DNA from: Hormiphora californensis
Taxonomy: Eukaryota > Animalia > Ctenophora
Direction: 5' to 3'
DNA length: 64,000 nt
NCBI GenBank assembly: GCA_020137815.1
Contig: CM035359.1
Coordinates: 2,046,001-2,110,000 of the forward strand
Shown: in pieces, positions 1 through 11,845 of the stretch
How positions within the stretch are numbered: the stretch's first letter is position 1
How the letters are laid out: every line of letters begins with the position of its first letter
The notes under the pieces: model-generated
The model's input: the letters and a program-made list of their open reading frames with translations, nothing else
What the model was told of the DNA's origin: nothing
Databases searched by the model: none
Program-made: the position numbers and the translations under genes

Positions 1-13
1 AACTGATCCAGTT

Positions 14-673
14 ATGTTGGATAAACTCCGGGCAGTACTCCTATTTCTAGCCAAATCCCCTGATAGGAGATACTTTATTAAACCCACATTCGGCACCTAC
101 ATCCTCGTTACCATGATTCACAATGCGTTACCGGGGGTACGGGAGGCGTATCTGTATCGAGCTTTGAAACCCATGGCCATATCATCTTGCCTTTCTTTTG
201 GGGTGTTGAAAATGCCGTATGCAGCTGCAAAGCGGTTATCAGTTGATGCTGGGTTCATCAGACAAGATGTACAGGATGAGAATGAAAGGAATGGTATTGA
301 CACGATACCCAGAATCATACTCTACGGGTTCCTGGTCAGAACCCAGGTATTTGTGCGTGAAGCTATCACAAGGCCCGACTTCCCATTCTACAGCTATGAG
401 TCTCTATTAGCAGACCCAAAGGCCTTCACCACCCATCTTTTGGCACATATCGGGCTGGACCCACAGTGGGCTGATGTGGCCTTGGAGGCCCTGTCAGAGG
501 ATAGCCAGAAGAACAGTTGGTTCAGTAGGGACAAAGTGGACAGGTCTGAAGCGGGTACCGTGATGGACAAGGAGACGGAGGATATGATTATGAAGCTTGC
601 GGAGGAGAAGTTTGGGATAGAAGTGAGGGGGAGCCAGATGGAGATGGTGAACCTACCGAACCAGTGGAGATAA
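14..673 (+). CDS. Sulfotransferase-like protein, C-terminal part (frame open to window edge)
   Basis: 219-aa ORF with FIKP, YLYR and YESLLADPKAFTTHLLAHIGL, resembling the YEDL..dP...l..l..flgl motif of P-loop sulfotransferases. Confidence 0.6.
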   Translation: MLDKLRAVLLFLAKSPDRRYFIKPTFGTYILVTMIHNALPGVREAYLYRALKPMAISSCLSFGVLKMPYAAAKRLSVDAGFIRQDVQDENERNGIDTIPRIILYGFLVRTQVFVREAITRPDFPFYSYESLLADPKAFTTHLLAHIGLDPQWADVALEALSEDSQKNSWFSRDKVDRSEAGTVMDKETEDMIMKLAEEKFGIEVRGSQMEMVNLPNQWR

Positions 674-1102
674 ACATTAAACCATTGGAGAGAATTATAG
701 ATATGAACTATAACATGGTATATATGCAATATGCATGATGACTTGCAAAGTTTACACTCTAGTTCTATAAATAACGGATTTGAGGGGGAAATCAGCTTCG
801 TGCCTGAATAGTGAGTAAATAACTATAACATAAATCAGTATTATATTCAAAACGAGAATAAACAGCTCGCGACGTCTAAATCGTATAGCCCAAAATAGCT
901 TGTAATGAGAAAACTGTTTCCAAAAAAATCATTTTCGGTGAAATACGGTAAGATGACGCGTATATATTTGAGTCTATAAATCACAAGGTTTGGTTCACGG
1001 ATCAGTTTAGAAGATGAAGGTACGGGCAAAGACACACATCATTAGGTCGGCAGATGAATTTCACTTTCTGTCCTTGTAGACGTGCCCATCTTGATGGGCG
1101 TC

Positions 1103-3850
1103 TCAGTCACTAAATTGTGGGGGATCACTGTGTGCAGCTGCTGCCAGCTGCTGTGGAGGAGAAGAACGATCTTCAGTCACATTCTCATTAACTTCGTCCT
1201 CTCCGTGATTTTCTTGATCCTTGTCATTTCTAAAATGCTTCCTCATAAGCATAATAACACTGTTCCCTTTCTCCGTGATGGTGCTTGAGAAATCAGAAAT
1301 CTTGTTAGAAAGGTCCATCCACTCCACGATTATATTGTATAGATCCGTGTACAGTATTGGATTCAGCACGGAGTTGAGGGGTAATATTGCAATGGAAAAT
1401 GTCGAATACCATTCCGTCATGTCTACCACCTCGGCCGTGTGAAGGACACAACACACCAAAAAAGGGACCCAGCAACAGAAATCCGTGAGGATTATGGTCG
1501 AAATTTTGCTCTGAAGTTGCCGGTGTCTATCCAGAGCATTTTGTGGGGCAGCGGTGGCACTCTCCCTGGTACTAAGGATTACAATGAACAGATGACAAAC
1601 CACGACAACTACGAAACATGTGCAGTGTATGGCAAGGCCCAAAATCCATACAAACACTGCCTGAGGTTCACTGGGAAGGACAAAGTACTTGAAGATACAC
1701 GAAGCATCATTGGCATAGAAAGACTGTTTAACACCCTCAACCCCGGTAATGTCACTTGTAAACATAGCTCTAACGTCTTTTCTAATAGCCTCCCAGCTTA
1801 GTCCTCGAGTTTCACGGTAAACGGACTTGGTGTTGGCATCATTTCCAACGTAACCCTGGATAATGGCTGCGTGTTTCGCTTTGTCAACAAATCCAGTGAA
1901 GAGCTTAATGTCACCAGGGTATGATAGTCCATTTACAAACACATCCTCAAGGGGCGGCATTAGAGGAACGCAAGCAATCAATCCAGATATGACCACAATC
2001 GTACACTGAATTGAGTATATCTTCCTCCTGAATCGAACATCAATCTCCAACACCCTTCGGAACTGTAATGCACGGGATGTTCCATGGAGCCGAAAACAGC
2101 TTAAAAAAGCCATCGAGAGAGATGAAATCGCACTTCCGGTCGCGGTTATGACACCAAACAATATACAGGGGATGCTTGCCATCCATTGAAATTGCCGTGT
2201 GCAGTACCCTGAGCCATAAACCAGATTTAAAACAAACATGGACGCCAAGTAGACATTTGTGCAGATGTCTCCCAGAGTGATCAATCTTGCAAATGACCGC
2301 TGCACGAATACTCCTTGGGTTTTGGCTGGTTCAGTTAAGAAAAGGTCTTTGAAAAGAACATAGAGATTCAATCCCAATCCTGCGCTACCAAAAACTCCAG
2401 CTACTATCGTGAGGCTATTGCTTTTTATCAGACTTCTGGAACACTTACTGTTACACTCATCGGACAAATCATGACAATCAAACGACCCGTCACACAATTG
2501 GCTAAGAACTAAGAACTGAGAGCCACATTTAAAATTATTGGAGCAATTTCTTTCATCCGATGCATCACCACAATCATCGATGGTATCACATACCTTAGAG
2601 TAGGAGATACACTTACCACTTTCACAAACAAAGAAGTTGTTATGGTAGTGATTCTTATGGGATGCCACAAGAGTAAGCGACCCTGAATCAGAGATAGATA
2701 GAACTCGCTTACGTATGTTTGAGCAAGAGTTGTGAAGAACTGGTCGGACATTCAAGGGGCATTCGGTATCAGTACACAATCCACTGCACGCCATCAGTAC
2801 ATACTGCTCACCAAAATAAAAGCTACAGTCCTTTTGCTTAGCATCTGCAAATAGTGTCAACTCGTTTTCCTTTCCAAAGAAGCCCCCAAACTTGTGCTTC
2901 ACCGTAAGGCTGGAACAGTTTACCCCTCGCTGTCTAGCAAGGGATTCTAGACCCTTTAGACAGTTTGGAGAGGTTTTCGAAAAACCAGCAATATCAGAGG
3001 CAGGCAACTCAAACCTTACATCGAGAGTACTATGTATCTGTCGACACATCACCGCCTCGTGGCCACAACTATCTATTGTATCACAAACCTCTGCCAGCTC
3101 AACAAAGTTCTCCCTTTTCTTGTCACACCACCACACCTCACTACAATTATTCTTGTGATCTCGATAACGTGTAGTGACCCCATGACCACAGGTAATCCAG
3201 TGCCCCTGCCGTTCATCTATATCATCCTGACAATCAAAATCGTCATCCATAATCCACTGAAATGGTATCCTTAGAAATCCTCTGTGAAAGTTAAATCTTC
3301 GGATACACTTTTTGGCGGAAAGTAAGCATCCCCGCTCGTCTGCCCCTGATAAACAATCATCAACCCCATCACAAACAAAGTGTTTGTGTACCCTACAAAA
3401 CAGCTCTACTTCAAGACACCGCGAATCAAGGCCATCATCACAAATAACAACCGTTGTCTGTTTTGGGTTACAAAACAAATTCGAGGAGATAGTGGCGGGG
3501 TATCTATTAACAAGACACGAGCCAGCGACGCGGCTTGGATCAGTACAATTAGTTTGATCTAAACCATTGGAACAGTATGGTATCACCTCAGATTCGTGAA
3601 CATCGTCTGCATCTTCAAAGGGAAAGCATCGTGTGGCATTGTACAATGGAAAGTTAGAGTCAAAAGAGTCATTTATACCCCCGCAGTTATCCTCTAGCAA
3701 AGTAGGCGGTGTGTCAATGCAAAAGCCAGAAAATGGGAATGTGAATGATAAGAACTGATCGTTGCACATGAACCCGTACGTTAGACCATTGCAATGAAGC
3801 TCATCAAAACATGGGTTAAGAGGACTAGTGTATTGGGCCGATGTGAACCC
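1103..3850 (-). CDS. LDLa-repeat class A GPCR (GRL101/RXFP-like 7TM, no LRRs), large terminal exon
   Basis: About six LDLa modules (CDGVDDCLSGADERGC, CESGKCISYSKVCDTIDDCGDASDE, CDGSFDCHDLSDEC) followed by 7 TM helices with TDFCCWVP and LPLNSVLNPILY. Probable acceptor atatcag|gg at ~3850; the ORF extension to 3967 runs into a MITE. Confidence 0.9.
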   Translation of the reverse strand, partial: GFTSAQYTSPLNPCFDELHCNGLTYGFMCNDQFLSFTFPFSGFCIDTPPTLLEDNCGGINDSFDSNFPLYNATRCFPFEDADDVHESEVIPYCSNGLDQTNCTDPSRVAGSCLVNRYPATISSNLFCNPKQTTVVICDDGLDSRCLEVELFCRVHKHFVCDGVDDCLSGADERGCLLSAKKCIRRFNFHRGFLRIPFQWIMDDDFDCQDDIDERQGHWITCGHGVTTRYRDHKNNCSEVWWCDKKRENFVELAEVCDTIDSCGHEAVMCRQIHSTLDVRFELPASDIAGFSKTSPNCLKGLESLARQRGVNCSSLTVKHKFGGFFGKENELTLFADAKQKDCSFYFGEQYVLMACSGLCTDTECPLNVRPVLHNSCSNIRKRVLSISDSGSLTLVASHKNHYHNNFFVCESGKCISYSKVCDTIDDCGDASDERNCSNNFKCGSQFLVLSQLCDGSFDCHDLSDECNSKCSRSLIKSNSLTIVAGVFGSAGLGLNLYVLFKDLFLTEPAKTQGVFVQRSFARLITLGDICTNVYLASMFVLNLVYGSGYCTRQFQWMASIPCILFGVITATGSAISSLSMAFLSCFRLHGTSRALQFRRVLEIDVRFRRKIYSIQCTIVVISGLIACVPLMPPLEDVFVNGLSYPGDIKLFTGFVDKAKHAAIIQGYVGNDANTKSVYRETRGLSWEAIRKDVRAMFTSDITGVEGVKQSFYANDASCIFKYFVLPSEPQAVFVWILGLAIHCTCFVVVVVCHLFIVILSTRESATAAPQNALDRHRQLQSKISTIILTDFCCWVPFLVCCVLHTAEVVDMTEWYSTFSIAILPLNSVLNPILYTDLYNIIVEWMDLSNKISDFSSTITEKGNSVIMLMRKHFRNDKDQENHGEDEVNENVTEDRSSPPQQLAAAAHSDPPQFSD

Positions 3851-3874
3851 TGATATTGGGATATTACAGATAGT

Positions 3875-4504
3875 GAGGGAAATCATACGACTCTTACTGC
3901 AGTTAGCGACAATCGAGAAAACAGACAGCATAACTCTTTTAAGCGACAGTGCTGTGTAATTTCTCAAAACTCTTATTCTTAGTGAGCAACAGGGAAAAGA
4001 ATTGGGGAGAGAAAGTGAGAGACAGGGTGCCCCCTTGAGAGAGATTATCTCGCGCGGCGCATTGGCACGTGCGGTTTGGGCGCTGGCAGGCTTTTACATG
4101 TTGCAACATGTAAAAGCCTGCCAGCGCCCAAACCGCACGTGCCAGAGCGCCGCGCGTTACTATCTTGCTCTCTCTCACTCACTAGCTGCATTCTGATTGG
4201 CTGTTATCGATCACATGTACGCAGTCACAGGCTATCCCTGTGCACTAGGACTTATCACGTGACCTTTCACGTGACCAGATTCTGTGATCCCCGGTCAGTT
4301 AAGAGTTTTAAGAGTTTATACGTCGCTAAGTAGCGGCGCTTACCACACAAGAGAATGGAATCACCATTCTCTTACTCTTGATATCTCTTACAAGAAAATA
4401 AGAGTTATTTTGGAAAACAGTCAGCACCTGTCGCTTACTCCAGTAAGCGATTGCGAAATCAATCAGCACCTGCTAACTTCAGTAAGAGTCGTATGATATC
4501 CCTC
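3875..4504. mobile_element. Intronic MITE with 33-bp TIRs and AGT TSD, internal ~105-bp hairpin (~4050-4155)
   Basis: GAGGGAAATCATACGACTCTTACTGCAGTTAGC versus its inverted copy ending at 4504 (2 mismatches); AGT on both flanks. Confidence 0.75.
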
Positions 4505-4529
4505 AGTGTTGCAAATTTGCCCAGCCTGA

Positions 4530-7417
4530 TACGTGTATGTCTGTGTTCCCCACACAATGTCAGTCAACTTCACCTCCATTTCATCGTCATTGGAGTTATC
4601 ACAGTTACTTGGATCTTGTACCTGCTGGTATTTCCCTGGATGAGAGTCACTCGTGCACCATCCCCCGCATTGTGGAAATGAGTCCTGTATTTCCATGACA
4701 GTATTATCATATCTTACACTCAAACACGCCTAAAAATAGTCGGGTTTTTAATTAATTGACAGACGCGTGACAATTAACGCGAAAAAAAAACTACTGGGGG
4801 AAAACAGTTGCGTGACTGAACCTCGAAGATTCCCCTGAGATTTCTTTTAGCACGTGCGTGCTAAAAACATCATCCCGGGTGAATGCCCGAAGGGCATTCA
4901 CCCGGGCAGGGAAAAAATTTTACTGAAATCCCAGGAAATTATAGCAAAAATATGAGTCCGAGTTTAAGGTTACCCTTGCATATAATATTTGATGTCCATT
5001 TTGTATGGCCTAAATGCTGGTGAAGTCATTTCGTTTGGCAAACCGTGACAAAAAACGCCAGGTGAACCCATATTCCAGATGACAATTATACTGACTAACC
5101 CATGGTAGCTAGCTAACCTGGTAGTTATAAGTATCGCCCGGGCAGGTCGTGTTTACTAAGATTATTGGGGTCCTTCGTGCTCTGTCAGTTTTGTGCAAAA
5201 CCTGAAACTTGTTTAAATAAGATTTGCATTTAAAGTGAGAGTGGACAAAATCAGAATTGGAGAAGTTTATTGGAGGTAATAGACAACGGTCAAACCTATC
5301 ATCTGTCCCCAATAGACAAAATTCCATGACATATTCAATCTTCCATAGTGCCACAGTTTATTCTTGCGTAAAGCGGCAACTGGAGTAATGCCTAAGGGTC
5401 CAGTTAGAGATTTTGCGACTGATGTTAGTTACAATGAAGCAGGCCCCTGCTGACACTGCTGACACTGCCGCGCGCGCTACTTTACATGCAATTCACATCG
5501 AAAACCCTGCTAGTCAACGAAGATTTGGTGCGCACAGGGACTCTCCCAGCTTGCGCCAGTTGCAGACTGGAGGCTGGCGCCAGAAACTGGAGCCAGCCTC
5601 CAATCTGCAACTGGAGCGTAAACGGTAAGTCGGAAGAACCTGTCCGTTCCTCTCATGAGCGCTCATGAGTGTATCATGAGTGTGTCATGAGTGTATCATG
5701 AGTGTATCATGAGCGCTCATGAGACGTTTTTAGGTGTTTCAACGTCTCATGAGCGCTCATGAGTGTATCATGAGTGTGTCATGAGCTGTCTGGCGCCGCG
5801 ACCCATCTGAGCGCACTGTCGCGTTTGAGAATCAAATTGGGGTCTGGCGCCGCCAGACAGGTCATGAGTGTATCATGAGCGCTCATGAGTGCTCATGAGA
5901 CCTTGCTCATGAGACATATGTCTCATCCCATCTCTGTTTCAATGTCTCATGAGCGCTCATGAGACGTATTGACCTACATGTGCTCATGAGTGTATCATGA
6001 GACATGTCTCATGAGACATATGTCTCATGAGACGTTAGGGTTAGGGTTAGGGTTGGGTTTACGGTTGGGCTAGGGTTAGGGTTATCCTTTAGGTCTAGAG
6101 ACCCGTAGGGATAGGGTTAGGGTTGACCAATAGGCTTGGACCTAGCCCTACCCTCTACGGGTCCCTAGACCTAAAGGAAAGCCCTAACCCTAGCCCAACC
6201 CTAAACCCAACCATAACCATAACCCTAACGTGTCATGAGACATATGTCTCATGAGACATGTCTCATGATACACTCATGAGCACATACATAGGTCAATACG
6301 TCTCATGAGCGCTCATGAGACATTGAAACAGAGATGGGATGAGACATATGTCTCATGAGCAAGGTCTCATGAGCACTCATGAGCGCTCATGATACACTCA
6401 TGACCTGTCTGGCGGCGCCAGACCCCAATTTGATTCTCAAACGCGACAGTGCGCTCAGATGGGTCGCGGCGCCAGACAGCTCATGACACACTCATGATAC
6501 ACTCATGAGCGCTCATGAGACGTTGAAACACCTAAAAACGTCTCATGAGCGCTCATGATACACTCATGATACACTCATGACACACTCATGATACACTCAT
6601 GAGCGCTCATGAGAGGAACGGACAGGTTCTTCCGACTTACCGCCTAAACTCATTGCCTGTGAGACCATAGAGTAGGCATGTGAAGGCTGCCACCATGCTA
6701 GTCCAACCCAAAAATATCCAAGGAAGACGCTAAAACCGGCAGCTTGACTCTATCTGATACCGTTCTCTCACAATAACCCAGTCCAGATCAATACTGGATG
6801 ACCTAATACTACGGGCAGCACATAGTTCGAATTGCCCCGGTGGTTCGCATTGCCCCGGTTTACCCTATAATTCAGAATGTGTTAGTAAAACACGACGATT
6901 TTTTCTATCATGTTTGTAATTCATACTGACTAAACAGGAATTCCCCAAGAGTAACAAAAATATCTCAGGATGGGTCGATTTTGAGCGGCAAAAAGGCAAA
7001 ATGCCCATAGAACTAATCTCTACAACCTCCAACAAACTTGTCCAATTCTGATTCTGTCCACTCTCACTAAAAAAGGATTATATTGGTTTGGTTAGATCAG
7101 GAACGATTAAAAAACTATCATACCGTGTAGCGTTGATTAGAGTATTCACACTGAAGGAACACTACCATAGGTAGTTTATCATTACAAACCCGCTTCAGAA
7201 ACCCTTTATAATCTTGTATCGGACACAGCGAGGCCTGGGATTGAGGAGGGTTTGAGTGAGGTGTGGTACTGTCACCATGGTACACGGCCGTTACACCAAT
7301 CACCTCGTTTGTATTATCTGGAACTGGGGCCGGTGACTTTGGTACAGAGGGCATTGCTGATAATTCTGCATGGACCGTGATAACCACCCACGCGAGGAGG
7401 AGAAGATGCATTGACAT
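4530..7417 (-). CDS. Probable upstream exons of the LDLa-GPCR (signal-peptide exon 7417-7124; Cys-rich exons ~5354-5118 and ~4684-4530)
   Basis: MSMHLLLLAWVVITVHA signal peptide; donors acg|gtatga and cag|gttagc; phase-0 acceptor atacag|gactca. The phase of the last junction was not resolved. Confidence 0.5.
5624..6641. mobile_element. Fold-back non-autonomous element, Merlin-like, with CATGAG arrays and a TTAGGG-like core
   Basis: Near-perfect ~1-kb palindrome with termini GGTAAGTCGGAAGAACC...GGTTCTTCCGACTTACC; 8-bp TSD GCGTAAAC/GCCTAAAC. Confidence 0.8.
5786..5860. mobile_element. 75-bp CTGTCTGG-ended mini-MITE (mirror copy 6405-6479; further copy 50295-50375)
   Basis: TIR CTGTCTGGCG...CGCCAGACAG and perfect 8-bp TSD GTCATGAG; the empty site of the 50295 copy is visible in the duplicate at ~51636. 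Confidence 0.8.
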
Positions 7418-7940
7418 GTCAGCAACAGCAATTAAACTTTTCTTGAATTTTTCGAGATCATATCAAAAACATACTACGCCATAACAATATCAAGTATACG
7501 AGATGCTGCCGATTTTAAGTACTACTAGTAAATACTAAGTAGCTGCTATTGTTTATCACATCTTAGAAGATCACGTGATCAGTGCAGCTTTTAGGAGCCT
7601 GATCGGGGGCATGATAACAAATCTCAAATGCCTCATAAAAGCATTTTAGATCACCTGTCACGAATTGTATTGTTTACAGCACAATGCCCTATATATAGCT
7701 ATGCCCTATATATAGCTATAGCTACTCCTCTTTATATGACCAGAGAACTTGAGCACTTTAGGGCCTTTCTTAACGAGCTGCACCCTGCAATTGCACCCTG
7801 CAAACTTCTTTCTTAACGAGAGTTTGCACCCTGCAATTGCACCCTGCAATTGCACCCTGAAAACCTTCGTTAAGAAAGAAGTTTACAGGGTGCAATTGCA
7901 TGCTTCACACGTGATAAAATGACGTGGGTGTTGAAGGACA

Positions 7941-8602
7941 TATATACCCTGCTAACTTAAATAACCCGCCAGCGGCGAGAAGTCACACTGGCGCGCTCTC
8001 AATATACAGCCAGTCCAGCGGCAGATTATTTCCCACTGGCTGGCTGTTTATTATTAACTCCTATGTTACATTCAAAGTGTGTGTAAATGATCAGTTCTTA
8101 CTGAAATACAGAGGGAACACTGTTTGCAAGAGTTACACACTGCATTGGAGAGAAAGAAACAACACATTCCGTCAATTTCTCTCTCTTTATCTCCCCTTTT
8201 GTTTCACTATCTCAATTCCTCTGTGTTATGTCTGGCATGCCCCATATCTTGTTATTTCTTTCTCTCTCTCCTTAGTAACTGTTACCAAACAATATACACT
8301 CAATTGAGAGATTTTTTGACTGTTTCTCAGTTCTCTTTGTGTGTTTTGATTAGTGTTCTCTCTCTTGTTAGTGTGTAATACTTGAAACAAACAACTAAAG
8401 CAGGGTATATAACCCATAAACTCTGACCAATGGCACGTTATTGGTTTAAACCCCTCCGCCTCTCCCTCGGCTACGCCTCAGGATCGTCGTCGTGATTTAA
8501 ACCAGTTTATCCGCCACTGGCGGATAAACTACAGCTACCTTCTCCCAGCGGCGCGCTGGGAGAAAGGTATCTGAAATAACGTGCCAGTGGCCAGAGTTTA
8601 TG
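7941..8602. mobile_element. Non-coding Crypton-like element: 13-bp inverted repeats plus a terminal three-arm hairpin
   Basis: TATATACCCTGCT (7941) / AGCAGGGTATATA (8399-8411), followed by a cloverleaf at 8415-8602; same layout as the recombinase element at 28184-30609. Confidence 0.5.
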
Positions 8603-8616
8603 CCTCATATATCCCC

Positions 8617-10264
8617 TAGGGTGTTGGATTTTAAAATCAATTTTTTGTACCTCATCTTACTAGATAGAATTTTTAACGCTGATTCCGAATCTGTCAAAAT
8701 TTTTGATCTACGAGCATGTCTTCAGGTGTAACCGTGCTCCTAAATGAACTTGACTGTGCGCTGCGTTCCACTGCTGACACTATGATAGACTATCACGTGA
8801 TCATGTCACGTGCTCTCTCCCCCAACCCAATTAGTTGCGCTCGCGATCTTACACACGAGCGCGTCACCCAGTGAGAAATGGAATGGTTAAACCCTGAGAG
8901 AGGGAGAGAGATTGGAAATATTATATTGGAATTCTGAAAAGATATACAGACACTGGTTCCATTGATCCAAATGCAAGAGCAGGCTACTAATTTAGCGGTG
9001 TTTCCTGAAACAAGACCTGGACTTAAAGTGTGGTCCGAGCAACAGGAAGAGATCTGAAAGAGGAAGTACCTAGTTAGTAAATCTCAATCAGTAGATCGAG
9101 TAGGATATTCCCAATCCCGACCACTTTGAGCCGGGATTGTCTTAACACACATGACAAATCACGTGTTTTGAGAAAGAGACTACCTTTTCCCAACTCGTAT
9201 CATGATATCATTATTCGCTTGACTATCTCGATGACTTTTGGATCCCTCAACGAATTTATTGGATCGATATTAACCATCCCCACATTGCTTTAACTTCTCG
9301 GAACGTTCCGCACATTTTCTTGCTATAAAGGAAGAAGACCAGCTTCCCTCCGGATAATGCTATAAACCTAACAGCACGGGCTGTTTTGGAAGTTTTTACT
9401 CAGAATAACGTAGCAACAGCTAGAGAAATGGGGATTAAGCGGTCAGTACTTAGAACTATATGTTGCTTGTTGTATGTTGCTTTTCAGCCAACCTGCCGTT
9501 TAGTTTGTAGTACATACATTGGTATATTTCTCCATTCTTGTTGCTTTGGAAAGAAAAAGGTACTTCAGTATTGTCATCTAGCAGTCTTGACATATTTGTC
9601 ACTGAGGATTTTGTTATAATTTTAGTAATACAAAAAACATCTATAATGTATTCACAACCTATTTTCTAATCTAGAAGTCTGTTCAACCACCGAATTCAGA
9701 GCCTGAACTACCCAGTTCACCAGTCACACCTACGAGCACCCGACTCAGACTTGTTCGATCAGACCAATGTTCAAGTAATTTTATTCTACACATGACCATT
9801 GTATTTTATATCTGAGATATATATCCACAAATGTTCAGCCGGAAACATACTATTTAGCTTCTATGAAGTTTCATGATGCGTCTGTTTTGTGTTCTAAAAT
9901 TCTTGGCATTTCATATTCTCATATTCCCTTCAAATTAATACGTTCCTTAATCTCGGAATTTCGGATAGAAAGTGAAAAACATCTCTCACCTATAGCCTGC
10001 TGGAGAGAGATGTTTCCACAGGTCTCAAGTGACGTGCTCGGAGTCGTGTGTAAGATCGCGAGCGCAACTAATTGGGTTGGGGGAGAGAGCACGTGACCTT
10101 GATTATCAGTTATCATTGTCAGCAGAACGCAGGCACAGTCAAGTTCATTTAGTGAGCCGTTATTTGGACCAAAACCGCTTCTTCGATTTAAAATTTACAT
10201 ATTCGGAATCAGCTATAATTTTCACTAAGAGATGTTCAAAAAATTGTTTAAACCCAACACCCTA
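8617..10264. mobile_element. hAT(m)-like non-autonomous element with long imperfect TIRs
   Basis: TAGGGTGTTGG...CCAACACCCTA termini; ~250 bp of inverted similarity including CCAACCCAATTAGTTGCGCTCGCGATCTTACACACGA; TSD ATATCCCC/ATATCCTT (6/8). Confidence 0.7.
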
Positions 10265-11845
10265 ATATCCTTTTTGTGTCAATACATGTACGTCTTCCGC
10301 ACTACGTGCGCCTATCTGGTACGTAAAGGGCAATTGCACCCTACAATTTCTTTGTAACAAATTGCTGGGCTCAATCAGTCAGGGTGAATGCTCATTACCC
10401 CTATAACTGGTTGAAAATCTTTCTTAGCGTAAAGAATGATACCCTGTCAATCTGCACAGCATTAAAGGGTGCATTGTAGTTTTTGTACATCTAAGAAAGG
10501 CCCTTAGACTGTGGACTCTTTGGTCACATTAGTCACACGGGACTATTTTTAGTGAATGATTTTATTTAACACAGTTCCGCACCCTAATGTCTTGAGTGGC
10601 TGGTCCAACCGTAGCGGGAAGACCTGCGCGTACTATTGGAGTGGAGGGCTTAAGGTAAGTATTTATCAATGATTCACGCACTAGCAAGGGGTCTTGTCTG
10701 CCCAACTCAATGTTATGCAATAAATGTTATCCAACAAGTTATCCAGCCCACCTAATGTTTGTTGGGGTTGGTCGTGGTCGGAACAACGGTAGTTGTCCTT
10801 CACCAGTAATGCATTTAAACTTCATGGGATTTGTCTGTGTGACGACCAAGGTGGACATTCGATGGGATTTAAAACGTCGAGAATGCTGAGTACGTATAAT
10901 CGCCGACTATCTCTTTACTTTTCTAGTATACCTTTGGGTAGTTTCAGTAACAGTCGTTATATCCAGCATAAACAAAGTAGAACTGATATTATACTTAGTA
11001 TACATTTTACAAGCAATGTTTACAATGTCTTTATGAAGTCTAATTGTGTCGACGGATTGACGGTCCGGTTTCACTCGGAAAACGGATGAAAACAATCAGT
11101 AGGACGCGGTCTTTAGGTTCATCGCGTGGGACGTGGGACACATGAACTTTTTGCCGCGCTATGAACGTTGGTCTCAAATTATTGCAGATACGTATTTAGA
11201 TGGATCACATTCGTGTTCCGTCAGAATCGGGGGAGTGGCCAGGAATATTTACTTGAAAGAAAACATTAGTTTAGAGGATATACTTTCGTGATCTCCTCGA
11301 ATGTCGGATTCATGGCACAAGGGGGAATTTGAAGAATATAACCTGAAAATATCTTGTTAAAGGCCTCCATTATATTCCCATTGATTGGCCGCGCCGGAAT
11401 TTTAGTGGCATATAACCTGTTAAGGAAGCGCTGAAATTTGTTTTGAGAGGAGATCATGTCGAGTTCTTCCTGCAAAACAAATTTCAAGTCTCTATCTCAT
11501 CAGGGAGTGGAGTTATGACCGTGGGAAATTTTACAAAACCCGAGTGAGGGACATAGTAGTTTGGGGTGTACTTTAGGAAGCGCGCTGACCCTTTCTAGTT
11601 TCTCTCTCGCTTCACTCTGAAAAGGTTGAGCGAGGAGAAAGTTCAGTAATCATTTACTCAACAAGGAATCATGCTGATTGCCATGACAGTTATAGGTATA
11701 ATACCCACCAAGTGGTATTATATCAATTGTCTGAATAGTATCAGTACTGAATTCAACCAAGTGATTTAATAAATCCTGAATCCAGTACGCTATAATATCC
11801 TAATCCTTACTCAACAAGTGATGAAAACGGCCTATTCGCCCCCAC

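Larger units (their letters stand above)
7761..10503. mobile_element. PIF/Harbinger-like MITE containing nested insertions
   Basis: TIR GGGCCTTTCTTA...TAAGAAAGGCCC; TTA on both flanks; TGCACCCTGCAAT subterminal repeats. Confidence 0.7.

Noticed and set aside
6034-6230. Telomere or chromosome fusion site
   Set aside because: Few, degenerate TTAGGG units, embedded in a TSD-flanked element.
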